Shown piece by piece: positions 18,181-28,020 of a stretch of 64,000 nucleotides of DNA; positions within the stretch are counted from its first letter, which is position 1, and every line of letters starts with the position of its first letter. This DNA comes from Alphaproteobacteria bacterium (GTDB lineage Bacteria > Pseudomonadota > Alphaproteobacteria > UBA7887): assembly GCA_965216755.1 (NCBI GenBank), contig CBDCGL010000011.1, positions 576,001-640,000 on the forward strand. The letters run 5' to 3'. The notes below the pieces were generated by a model that saw only the letters and a program-made list of their open reading frames with translations, searched no databases and was not told where the DNA came from. Both the position numbers and the translations under genes were made by a program.

Positions 18181-20022
18181 ATGGTAGGACGCCAGAACGT
18201 TGCGAGCTGTGTGTTTCTGGTGGCCTTTTTCTCGGCGTTGGCGCCGACTGGTCTCGCCACCGCGGAGTCGCCCCAACCGATGCCGCTGGCCAGCATGGAT
18301 GATCGTGGTGCCAATCTGCCCCCGGTCGGCCGATCGCTGTTCGACTTCCTTGTCGCCAAGCAGGTCGACGGCAAGTGGGTCTTGGACGTGCCCTATCCGT
18401 TCGAGGCGCTGGTGGATTTGATGGAGGCGGGACTTAGAGAGGGGTATCGGGAGCCGGTCAAGCGTGTGCTCCATCCGCTCGGGCGGTCATTACATCGCCA
18501 TGCCGCGGAGCCGGAATTCTTTAAGTATCCCCGGGCGGTGACGGCCGTCGATACGGATTCCGCACCGCCGGCGCATGCGTCCGGCATGATGTTAAAGGAC
18601 CGTTTGTATCTCGGCTACCAGCCGGTAACGGATTCGGTGGAGCTGATTGCCTACAACGAAGCGGCGGGTCGTTTTGAATATCAAGTCGTCACCGACTATC
18701 GGGAAGGCGGCACGCCGCAGGTGACTTATGCGGATCGCGGAGTTTGTACGGCCTGCCATCACAACCAAGCGCTCATCTATTCGGACCAGCCTTGGGCTGA
18801 GAGTAACAACAATCCCCGCATCGCGGCGCTGTTGCGTGACGAGGCTGCGGATTTCTATGGCATCCCCGCGCAAGTGCCGTTCGATATTCCCGAGTCGTAC
18901 GATGAAGCGACCGACCGAGCAAATTATTTCGCAGCCTATCAATTGGCTTGGAACGAGGCGTGCGCGGCGTCGGGCGACGCCGTCACCTGTCGACGCGACG
19001 GTCTTATCGCGGCCTTGCGCTACCGATTGACCAGTGGTTACCAACTTTGGGATCCGGGTGGTGGCGGGCGCGATCGATTTGCGGCGGCGGTTGCCCGCGG
19101 ATGGCTGAAAAGCTGGCCGGCGGGGGTCGAAATCCCAACGCCAAACTTGCCTGATTTTGATCCTTTCGCTGACGGTGATGTGTCTGATGCCGTCTTGGGC
19201 GGCATGCGTGGTGCCACCGGCCTTAGCCTGTTGCCGGCGAATGTGTTTCATTTCGAGGACATTTACGAACCACTGTATGAGCGGCCAGCGCTGGAACTCT
19301 GGAGGGTGACACGCGCCCTTGGTGGCGGCCAGCCCATGGAACCGCGCTGGCTGGTCAAGGTTATCGCCGGCCTCGGGGACTTTTTTGCCGCGGCTGACAT
19401 CGAAAGGCTCGATACGCGACTGGCGGCGTGGGAGAGCGAGCGGCGTCGAATTACTGTGACGTGTCGCTTCCGCGCTGGGGGAGGCGCCGCCGCGGATAAA
19501 TCAGTGGTGTTTCATTGCGGCGATCCGGCCGGGTTGGGTTTTGTTTTGGACGGGCGCTTTCGCATGCAGGCGGACGGCGCCATCCACGGCGTTGTACCTC
19601 GCGTGCGCGCCGGCTCGGCTGCGCCCGGTGGGCTCGAACTCAAAGGTCAAATTGTCAACGCATCGGACGATGATTGGTCCGTGCGATTGCAGCTACGAGA
19701 TAGTGTCACGGGGCTCAACGCGCGTCTTGCCGATGGTCGTCTCTTGGAGAGCGTCCACATGTCATGGAACGGCGCAAGCTTGGACACGCCGCGCGAGGTT
19801 ATGGCGGAACTGGAAATCTCTGAGGACTTCGAGCATCTCGTGGCGGCGATTGACCGGCTAGCCGATGCGACCCGGGCAGGGGACAGCGATGCCCTGGCCG
19901 GCGCACCGTTTCGCAGGGTCGCCGTGATGCGGCCGATCTTGGCGGATTTCGGACTTACCGACCTGACATGGTGTTGCATGGAACCAGACCATTTGCCGCC
20001 AGCGGTCTTGCTGGCGGAATGA
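18181..20022 (+). CDS. Exported hypothetical protein with one CxxCH motif
   Basis: 613-aa ORF with an N-terminal signal-like segment and VCTACHHNQ. Confidence 0.75.
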   Translation: MVGRQNVASCVFLVAFFSALAPTGLATAESPQPMPLASMDDRGANLPPVGRSLFDFLVAKQVDGKWVLDVPYPFEALVDLMEAGLREGYREPVKRVLHPLGRSLHRHAAEPEFFKYPRAVTAVDTDSAPPAHASGMMLKDRLYLGYQPVTDSVELIAYNEAAGRFEYQVVTDYREGGTPQVTYADRGVCTACHHNQALIYSDQPWAESNNNPRIAALLRDEAADFYGIPAQVPFDIPESYDEATDRANYFAAYQLAWNEACAASGDAVTCRRDGLIAALRYRLTSGYQLWDPGGGGRDRFAAAVARGWLKSWPAGVEIPTPNLPDFDPFADGDVSDAVLGGMRGATGLSLLPANVFHFEDIYEPLYERPALELWRVTRALGGGQPMEPRWLVKVIAGLGDFFAAADIERLDTRLAAWESERRRITVTCRFRAGGGAAADKSVVFHCGDPAGLGFVLDGRFRMQADGAIHGVVPRVRAGSAAPGGLELKGQIVNASDDDWSVRLQLRDSVTGLNARLADGRLLESVHMSWNGASLDTPREVMAELEISEDFEHLVAAIDRLADATRAGDSDALAGAPFRRVAVMRPILADFGLTDLTWCCMEPDHLPPAVLLAE

Positions 20023-20112
20023 TCCTAACGAGGGGCCAATTCCCGCCCAATTCCTCGTCCAAAGGCGGGCCCCCGTCAGCCCCACCGAATTCGCCTATAG
20101 CGGCTTAGGCGC

Positions 20113-20470
20113 TTGGCCTTGGCCAACCTGGTCGCGCTATGCCACTTTTTGCCCGGTCCGGCGTCGTCACAAGTGTCCATGGCGATTGGCGCCATGCGTG
20201 CGGGCGTAGCCTGCGCCTTCGCCGCCTGGCTGGGTTTTGCGTTACCGTCGGCGTGGATCATGATCGGATTTGCTTACGGCCTGCGATTCTTTGAGGAGCC
20301 GGATGCGGCCGGTTGGCTCGCGGGACTCAAAGCCGCTGCGATTGCCGTCGTTGCGCGGCCCGTTGTTTACGATTGCTGCATTTCTGGGCGCGGCGATGAC
20401 ACCGATGCCAAATGGGGTCTTGGGTATCTTGGTCAGTGTCATTGCGATATTCGCACCGTTGTTTCTTAGC
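20113..20470 (+). pseudogene. chrA: Chromate efflux transporter remnant (truncated, internally deleted, out of frame)
   Basis: LVALCHFLPGPASSQV...AAWLGFALPS...GLKAAAIAVVA (N-terminal CHR domain) is joined in another frame to GPLFTIAAFLG...VIAIFAP (C-terminal CHR domain). Confidence 0.8.
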
Positions 20471-20710
20471 TGCAGCCCCCCTTCATCACGCAGCCACGAT
20501 TTCTCTCATAGCTCAACCGACGTTCAAACGGGGCGCAGCATACGTGTCAGCGCAGCCAAATGAAACTGACAGAGAAGTATTCCCCTGCAAGAGCGATTCG
20601 CGCGGCGCGCTGGCCGTTTGTAAGGCGTCTCAATAGCAACGACGGATTATGAGATTGGGAACAATATCGGCGTGGCTGGACGTCTGACGCGCACGCGGCA
20701 AGGCAACCAG

Positions 20711-22598
20711 TTATCTCAGCTTTGATACTTGGAATTCGCCACTACACGCCCCCAGATTACTGCGCCATTCGCCGCGGCCGGATTGTAAATCGCCAACCAG
20801 CGACATGACGACCGTCGTGTTGACGGAGATACCCCTTTTCACAGATCCCGAGACGTTGGTGCTCCATGTCGCGTCCTGCGGGTCCACGGATGTCGACCAT
20901 TTCACCAACGTGCGGCGGTTGCGCCGCGTCTGAATGGTGCCCGATACTTTGTCGCCCTGGACTTGGAGTTTGATATCGCCGCCGTCGAACAACACATCCC
21001 GACAATCCTGCGATGGCGTCAGCCGGTTATCCAACCAAAATTCACCCTGCCAGTTGCCCACTGGACTCGGGACCGCGGCGACGTCGGTTGGCGCAGCGGG
21101 CGCCACGGCCACGGGCGTGGGTTGGGGTGGCGGCACCGCCGCGAGCAGGTTGCCATAGACAAAACCGGTCGTGCCGCCAGGCGCAAGAATGCGGTACCAA
21201 TTTCTGCCGCGCACGCGTCCGGTGACCTCAACTGTGACACCACTATTCAGGAATGCGACCTTTTCATGATCTGTCGAAGGGCCGCCGCGCACGTTTGAGT
21301 TCTTGCGCGCAACCATGATCGCGTCCATGGCATCAACCATGAACGACGGCGGTGTCGGCGGCGGCACCGCCTTTGGAAGCTGTGCAACTTGGCCGGACGT
21401 GACAGGCGTCGGCGGCTCCGCGACATTCGCGGCGGCGGGCGCCTGGCCTTGTCCTGACGATTGTGGCGCCAGCGGTGCGACCAACGCGGTGGCCGGCGGC
21501 GCGTCTATGGTTATGGCATTGGGCGCGATGGCCAGGCTCGACGGTGGTGTCAACAACGAGGCAATCGCCGTTTCTTCGGTCAGGCTCGCCGACGGCGTGA
21601 GCGGTGCGACCGCTGCCGGAGATGCCGGTACGGCCGGCGGCGTTTCCGTCGGGCCGCCTACCGATTTTGTGTCCCGCGCTTGCCTAATTCTCATGCGCGC
21701 CAAATCGGCGAAGACCCCATCGGGAAATTGACGCAAATAGGCCTCAAATGCCGGTGCGTCCTCACTCCCTTTTATCGCCTGCCAAAACACCATTTCCTCG
21801 ACCCCGCCAGGTCGAGGGGCCGTGGTGGCCGGCGGCGGTGCGGTGGCCACCTGGGATGCTGCCGGGGCTTCATTGAAATAGAAGTCGCCCTTCAGGGCTG
21901 ACGCGGTCCAAGGAAGCTGCGAGCCACCTGATCGACGCTCCACATTGCTGCGAACGCGTTTAAAAATGTCCTCGATTCTTAGGCCCGGTTCTTCCATGGC
22001 ATCGAGGAGTTCGCCGGTGAACAGTCCGTTGTCGTCATTGCCGTCCGCGGCGACTTTGCCGGGCGCGGTCGCGTACGCGATAATTGATCCGGACGGCGCG
22101 TTGATCCGCGCCAGGCCGCTAGAGGCCGTGCGGAAACTACGGGCAAATGGGTTATTGCGGCACGCGTCCAGAATAATGATGTTAAGACGGTTGCCGGCGG
22201 CTTCCATTCGGCGCAGCACGGCGTTGACGTTGACCGCCAGGTCGGCCACGTCCTCTTCATATTCGATGTCGGAGCGGATCGGGATCAGATAATTGGCCCC
22301 GCGAATTTCGACGCCATGACCGGCGAAATAGAACAAGCCAACGCCGCCGTCGCGAATGCGTCCGCCAAACTCGCGAATGACGTCGGTCATTTCACGCTGC
22401 GTCAAATCGATGCCTTCGATGACGTCAAAGTCGAGGCGCTTCAAGCTTTCGGCCATTGCTTTGGCGTCATTGACGGGGTTTATCAGCGGGCTGAATTCAT
22501 ACGCGCCATTGCCGATAACCAGCGCAACACGCTGTTCGGCAACAGCATTCTGTGTTGCCACGACCCAAAAATACGAACAATAAAAGCGCCCGAAACAC
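20711..22598 (-). CDS. Caspase-like (peptidase C14) protein with Pro-rich linker and bacterial SH3 domain; apparent +1 frameshift in the signal peptide
   Basis: RVALVIGNGAY, YFAGHG (His), ILDACRNN (Cys) and SNVRGGPSTD...NWYRI...GFVYGNLL (SH3b). The intact frame covers 20711-22561. An AAGGAG + GTG start at 22598 lies one base out of frame. Confidence 0.85.
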
Positions 22599-22843
22599 GC
22601 GTCCGCTCCTTCCCTCGCATATTATCGCACGAAGTCGCTGCAAATGGAGCATGCAACGTGTTCAAGTCCTCGTTGCCCATTCCTCAAGGGCGATTTCGCG
22701 ACCGCGGCGCGCGATGGTCCGTTGCGAAACGCCCCTCGTCAGCGTTGTCCCTACCAATCTTGCACACGTTGCGCCGCGCTGCGCGGGGTTACATGCTGTT
22801 TTGCCGCGTAATTTCAGGTTCATGCCCCGCTATTAGACGGTGA

Positions 22844-23809
22844 CTATTGCGCGACATTATTTCTGGGGGCGCCTTCGAAAAAGGCGATGACATTGTCGAC
22901 CGCGCCTTCGTTCAACAGCTCGATCGCCTCGACGGTCCAATCAGCCGCATGCGGTGTGAAGACGACATGCGCGCAATCCAGAATGGGATCGTCGGCGGCA
23001 ACCGGTTCCTGCGGAAACACGTCCAATCCAATTCCAGTCAGCCGCCCCGCAGTGGCGACATCGCGAAGTGCTACCATATCCACGACGTCGCCTCGCGCAC
23101 CATTAAGGAGGATCGCGTCATCTTTCATCGAAGCCAGCTCTGGTGCGCCGATGAGGTGGCGCGAGTCGTCGGTCAGTTTGACATGCAGGCTCACCACATC
23201 CGCGGTGCGCAGCAGTTCGTCCAACTCCACAAAGCGCACACCGAGTTGTTTTGCGCGCGCGTCTGACGGGTGGAATGTCCACGCGATCACGTCCATCCCG
23301 ATGCACCGGCCCAGGCGCGCCATCTCGGCGCCGACCGCGCCGGTACCAACCACGCCCAATGTTTTGCCCTGCAGAAGGACATTCATCCTTTGTGTCCATC
23401 GTCCCGCCTTGATCTCGGCGGTTTGATACGCTGCTCGCTTGGCCACCGCGAACATTAAGCCAAACATATGCTCGGCGACGGTCGGCGCGGTCCGGCCGGG
23501 CTGATTGGAAACCACGATGCCGAGTTCCCGTGCGACCGCCACGTCAATAGAATCCGTCCCGATGGAGCATGTGGTGATCATACGCAAACGGGGCAGTGAC
23601 CTAAGTTCGGCCTCACGCCAAGTAACCGCACTGCGTGAATTGATGATGACGTCTGCATCCCGCACGCGCGCCAGCTTTTCTTCCGTGTTCGCCGGGCGCG
23701 ATCGGAATAGAGCCACGTCGCCAAAGGGCTCAAGGCGCGCAAGGTTGGGCGATCCCGCGATTTGCCGTGGATCGTCACCGGGCACGACGATTTTGATACG
23801 ATCGGACAA
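22844..23809 (-). CDS. D-isomer-specific 2-hydroxyacid dehydrogenase (phosphoglycerate dehydrogenase-like)
   Basis: VAEHMFGL, GVVGTGAVG, DVVSLHV, LNGARG, GLDVFPQEP and TPHAA. Confidence 0.88.
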   Translation of the reverse strand: MSDRIKIVVPGDDPRQIAGSPNLARLEPFGDVALFRSRPANTEEKLARVRDADVIINSRSAVTWREAELRSLPRLRMITTCSIGTDSIDVAVARELGIVVSNQPGRTAPTVAEHMFGLMFAVAKRAAYQTAEIKAGRWTQRMNVLLQGKTLGVVGTGAVGAEMARLGRCIGMDVIAWTFHPSDARAKQLGVRFVELDELLRTADVVSLHVKLTDDSRHLIGAPELASMKDDAILLNGARGDVVDMVALRDVATAGRLTGIGLDVFPQEPVAADDPILDCAHVVFTPHAADWTVEAIELLNEGAVDNVIAFFEGAPRNNVAQ

Positions 23810-23916
23810 AATGGCCTCCAGTGGCCGAATTGGTCATTGGTTGACGAGCGTAGCACGAGCCTAGTTGGGACGCGGCCATTCTACCTTAGAGGAGACTTCC
23901 AGATGGAGACAAGGCG

Positions 23917-24384
23917 ATGACCGCACCCATTGAAATGACGCCGATCGGGCATGTGTTTTGTGAGCGTGCCACACCGATCGATGATGGTTGGGACGCTATT
24001 CCGGCAATCGTCAAATTGGAGGATCAGGACTTTGTCGCCGAGGCCTTGGCAGGTCTTGAAAACTTCTCGCATGTCGAGATCATTTTCTTCTTTCATCTGG
24101 TTGATACGGGCGCGATCGTGTCGGGCCGGCGCCATCCACGAGGACGCACGGACTGGCCGCGCGTGGGCATATTCGCGCAGCGCGGCAAGGCGCGTCCCAA
24201 CCGCTTGGGCGCGACAATCTGCCAAATCGTCAGGATCGAGGGGTGCGACCTCCACGTCATGGGTCTTGACGCTATCGACGGTACGCCGGTGCTCGATATC
24301 AAACCGATTATGGGCGGGTTTCTGCCGCGCGGCCCCGTTAAGGAACCGGCGTGGGCGCAAGAGCTAATGGCGGGATACTGGTAG
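23917..24384 (+). CDS. TsaA/TrmO (YaeB)-like SAM-binding protein, short form
   Basis: PIGHV, GLENFSHV, GIFAQRGKARPNRLG and DAIDGTPVLDIKP. Confidence 0.85.
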   Translation: MTAPIEMTPIGHVFCERATPIDDGWDAIPAIVKLEDQDFVAEALAGLENFSHVEIIFFFHLVDTGAIVSGRRHPRGRTDWPRVGIFAQRGKARPNRLGATICQIVRIEGCDLHVMGLDAIDGTPVLDIKPIMGGFLPRGPVKEPAWAQELMAGYW

Positions 24385-24404
24385 GGACGCCCCACCAAAC
24401 AAAA

Positions 24405-25628
24405 TCAAGTGGATTGGCCGGGCAAGCCCAACATTCGCGAAGGGAAACCCGCGTCCGTGAGACATGCAACTATTCGTTCAGCATGCTCCAGATTTCGCGA
24501 CTCAATGATCACAATCAAAGCTGTCGATTTGATCGGCAGTTTGGAAAAATAACGTTCGTGATAAACCTCGACGATATTGGCCCCGGAATCACCTATGATC
24601 TGCGACACTTCGGCGAGTTTTCCGGGCGTGTCGGTAATCTCCACCAACACACGCGATAGGCGGCCCTCTGCCGCCAAGCCGCGCAAGATGATCGACGACA
24701 AAACCCGAGCATCGATATTACCACCGCTCAAAACAACACCGACATTTTTGTCGGCGAAGCGATCGCGTTCGTGCAAGAGCGCGGCGAGCCCGACAGCACC
24801 AGCCCCCTCGACCACAGTTTTCTCAATGTCGAGCAACATAAGGATGGCCCGTTCGATCTCTGTTTCCGAAACGACGCACGTATCGTCCACCAAGGCGCGG
24901 ATAATGGGAAGCGTTGTCGTGCCGGACCGTGTTACGGCAATTCCTTCGGCGATTGAGGGGCCGCCCATAACCGGATGCTCGCCGTGCAATGCGGCATGGA
25001 TGGCCGGGTAAGTCTCGCTCTCAACGCCGACAATGCTGATCTGTGGCTTGATTCCTTTGGCAGCGATTGCCACGCCACTGATTAATCCGCCGCCACCCGC
25101 CGGAACGAGTATGATGTCGAGGTTCGGCACGGCATTGAGCATCTCGATGGCGATTGTGCCTTGGCCGGCGATGATTTGCGGATCGTCATAGGGATGAATA
25201 AAAGTCAGACCTTCTTTCTTGGCCACGGCCAATGCGTGGTCTTCAGCTTCCGACAGCGATTTGCCTTCCAAAAGGACCCGTGGGCCGAGCAATCTGGTTT
25301 GTTCTATTTTGACAAACGGGGTGTCTTCGGGCATCACGATCGTGGCCGGAATGCCAAGGCGCCGCGCGTGATAGGCAACACCTTGGGCATGATTGCCCGC
25401 CGACATGGCGATTACACCGTTCGCGCGCGCGGATTCGTCCAACAGAAGAAGCTTGTTCAGCGCGCCGCGTTCCTTAAATGACGCCGTGAACTGGTGATTT
25501 TCAAACTTCAGGAGAACGTTGGCGCCAGTAATTTGGGATAGTGTTTGCGACTTGCGGCAGGGCGTGTTGACGATGGCACCTGCAATGCGTTCGTGAGCGG
25601 TCCGGATGTCGGCCAGTGTGGGAGTCAT
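24405..25628 (-). CDS. ilvA: Threonine ammonia-lyase with C-terminal ACT domain
   Basis: KFENHQFTASFKERGA, SAGNHAQG, GGGGLISG, SGGNID and ITDTPGKL. Its start overlaps the upstream stop (ATGA). Confidence 0.88.
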   Translation of the reverse strand: MTPTLADIRTAHERIAGAIVNTPCRKSQTLSQITGANVLLKFENHQFTASFKERGALNKLLLLDESARANGVIAMSAGNHAQGVAYHARRLGIPATIVMPEDTPFVKIEQTRLLGPRVLLEGKSLSEAEDHALAVAKKEGLTFIHPYDDPQIIAGQGTIAIEMLNAVPNLDIILVPAGGGGLISGVAIAAKGIKPQISIVGVESETYPAIHAALHGEHPVMGGPSIAEGIAVTRSGTTTLPIIRALVDDTCVVSETEIERAILMLLDIEKTVVEGAGAVGLAALLHERDRFADKNVGVVLSGGNIDARVLSSIILRGLAAEGRLSRVLVEITDTPGKLAEVSQIIGDSGANIVEVYHERYFSKLPIKSTALIVIIESRNLEHAERIVACLTDAGFPSRMLGLPGQST

Positions 25629-28015
25629 GGTTCGGCTTTTGTGGCGGGCACAAGAGTCAATCGATACGCGGCGACGGCGTCGACTCCTTCGGCACTCATT
25701 GGCAACGAAATATAGTCGCCGGCCCCCCACAACGGCGCCAGGTCCCGATAGTGCGGCGACAAGACATTGCCCGACTGACCCGTGCTGATCATAACCTCGG
25801 TCGAATCCAAATCGGCCAGATCGACGATGACCCTCAGACTGGCGCCATGAACTTCCGCGAACGGTGCATCATTGTCGCGAATATGGGTATTGGCCTGCAT
25901 GACCGTGTAGGGCCCCCCGCCATGCGCCAGCTTGATATCAAATAGGCCGCCAATTACGGGCACATCTGAAAGAATCCGATGCTTGCTGTGCGCGTAGTGC
26001 AAATCGCCCCAGCGCCATTGCCCGGGATCATCGCCGAGGCGTGTGTTCAGCCATGTCGCCGCCGCTTCAAGAGCTGGATCGGTTCGGTCCGCGCAGGGAT
26101 TTATTTCGGTGTTTCTGCACCAGACGCTGTCACCGCGCAATACCCGGGTCATGAATTCCGGCGCACGGCGCCAAATTCCTGGGAATTGTGAGGCGGACAA
26201 ATCTTCGGACACCGCGCGGGTGAACTCTCGGTACCAGGTATGGAATATGGCGGGTTCTGGGCGCGCCGGATCCATGCTGCCGTCCCATCCGTCGAGCAGC
26301 CGTGTCAGCCGCGGGTTTTGGGTCGGATCGACGGTTGCGTGAAACAGAGGCAGAACGCTACGCGCCATGTTTGACACGATATCGGTCTGGATGGCTTTGA
26401 ACGAGGCCACGTCGTGTTTCGGGCGGGCGCCCAGCAGACCATCTATGCGCCGCGTGCGGTAGGTCATGTCCCAATCGCGGCTGATGAAATGCGGATAATC
26501 ATCGTCAACCACCCGACTATTGGCCGTGACGATCCACCCCTTGGTTGCACCGACCCGCCGCGGCATTGCTGTGTCAGGCAGATAACCGCGCCATTCGCCG
26601 GCGCCGTCGACGCCGCGATTGGGCAGCCAGCCATCGCCATCGCGGCGGATTGGAACGCGCCCCGCGACCAAAAAACCGATTTGACCGGCCTGGTCGGCGA
26701 GAACGAAATTCTGCATTGGGGCGTGAAACCGGCGCAGAGCGTCAAACAGATCGTCGATTGTCCGCGCATTGGCCAGGCCAAAAGCACTATCGAGCGTGGT
26801 GTCTTCCGCGCTAAGCGCTGTCCAGGCCATAGCCACGACATTTGCGGGCTCGGCAAGCGGCGCGTAGCGGTCGCTGACATCGGAAACCACAGGGCCATGG
26901 CGGGTGTGGCGGACCGTGATGTCGATGTCGCCATGGTCTTTCACTTCTATGGTTTCGCCTCGCGTCTGAAAGGGTTGCGATCCGGCAGGGGTCAGATAGC
27001 GACCAGGGTCGTCAGGATCGAGCGTTTCGACAAACAGGTCCTGCACATCAGCATTGGTGTTGGTCACGCCCCAGGCGGCGGTACTATTACGTCCCGACAC
27101 GATCGCCGGAATTCCTGGCAACGTGCCGCCGGCGACGTTCAGATCCTGGGCGCTGAGATGGGCCAAATACCATGCCGCGGGCGCGGTCAGCCCCAAATGC
27201 GGATCATTCGCCAACATTGGTTTGCCGCTGACCGTGTGCTCTCCATTGACGACCCAGTTGTTCGAGCCGATACCGGCGGCAAACCCCGACACCAATGCCG
27301 TACGGATCTCAGCGGCACGACGCGGAGCGATGGGCGCGGGTCCGGCTTTCGCTGGGCGGCCAAGCGTGTGTGCGTCCGTTGCCCAGAGTTCGTCGATGAC
27401 CGCATCGTCAAGTTCACTTTGTAGCATTGTCCGCGCCAGTTCGCCCCGGGCATTGCCGGCCAGCAGGATCGACATCATTTTGACCGCGAGCACGCAATCG
27501 GCGGCGGTCCATGGCTCAGGCGCATGGCCGAAAATCACGAACTCGGGCGCCAGAGGCCCTTCAGTTCCCAAAATCATCGCGTTGACGCCCCGCACGTAGG
27601 CATCGATATAGGTTCGCGTTTCAGGCTTGAAATGAGCGAGGGACCGTTCGGATTGGCCAGCAAATCCGATGGTTCGCATGTATCGATCCATATCGATCGT
27701 GCGCGGGCCGAAGATTTCTGACATGCGACCAGCACCAACGCGACGCGCGATTTCCATCTGCCAAAGCCGATCCTGAGCATGCACGTAGCCGAGCGCAAAA
27801 TAGGCATCGGGAATTGTCTCAGCCTTGATGTGTGGAACGCCGTATTGATCGCGAACGATTTCTACTGACTTCAGCAAACCAGCGACGTGTCGCGTGCCGT
27901 CCCAAGTTGCAATCGATCCGCGCAACCAGACATATCCGCCGGCCGTGGCCAGCACGCCGAGCGCCACAATCGCTATCAGACCAATGAAAAGCCAGCGAAA
28001 GTATTTCACGCGCAC
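25625..28015 (-). CDS. Penicillin acylase family Ntn-hydrolase
   Basis: GVPHI, GYVHAQDRLWQME, G-SNNWVV nucleophile, LANDPHL and STGQSGN. N-terminal TM anchor. Confidence 0.93.
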   Translation of the reverse strand: MRVKYFRWLFIGLIAIVALGVLATAGGYVWLRGSIATWDGTRHVAGLLKSVEIVRDQYGVPHIKAETIPDAYFALGYVHAQDRLWQMEIARRVGAGRMSEIFGPRTIDMDRYMRTIGFAGQSERSLAHFKPETRTYIDAYVRGVNAMILGTEGPLAPEFVIFGHAPEPWTAADCVLAVKMMSILLAGNARGELARTMLQSELDDAVIDELWATDAHTLGRPAKAGPAPIAPRRAAEIRTALVSGFAAGIGSNNWVVNGEHTVSGKPMLANDPHLGLTAPAAWYLAHLSAQDLNVAGGTLPGIPAIVSGRNSTAAWGVTNTNADVQDLFVETLDPDDPGRYLTPAGSQPFQTRGETIEVKDHGDIDITVRHTRHGPVVSDVSDRYAPLAEPANVVAMAWTALSAEDTTLDSAFGLANARTIDDLFDALRRFHAPMQNFVLADQAGQIGFLVAGRVPIRRDGDGWLPNRGVDGAGEWRGYLPDTAMPRRVGATKGWIVTANSRVVDDDYPHFISRDWDMTYRTRRIDGLLGARPKHDVASFKAIQTDIVSNMARSVLPLFHATVDPTQNPRLTRLLDGWDGSMDPARPEPAIFHTWYREFTRAVSEDLSASQFPGIWRRAPEFMTRVLRGDSVWCRNTEINPCADRTDPALEAAATWLNTRLGDDPGQWRWGDLHYAHSKHRILSDVPVIGGLFDIKLAHGGGPYTVMQANTHIRDNDAPFAEVHGASLRVIVDLADLDSTEVMISTGQSGNVLSPHYRDLAPLWGAGDYISLPMSAEGVDAVAAYRLTLVPATKAEP

Positions 28016-28020
28016 GCCTA

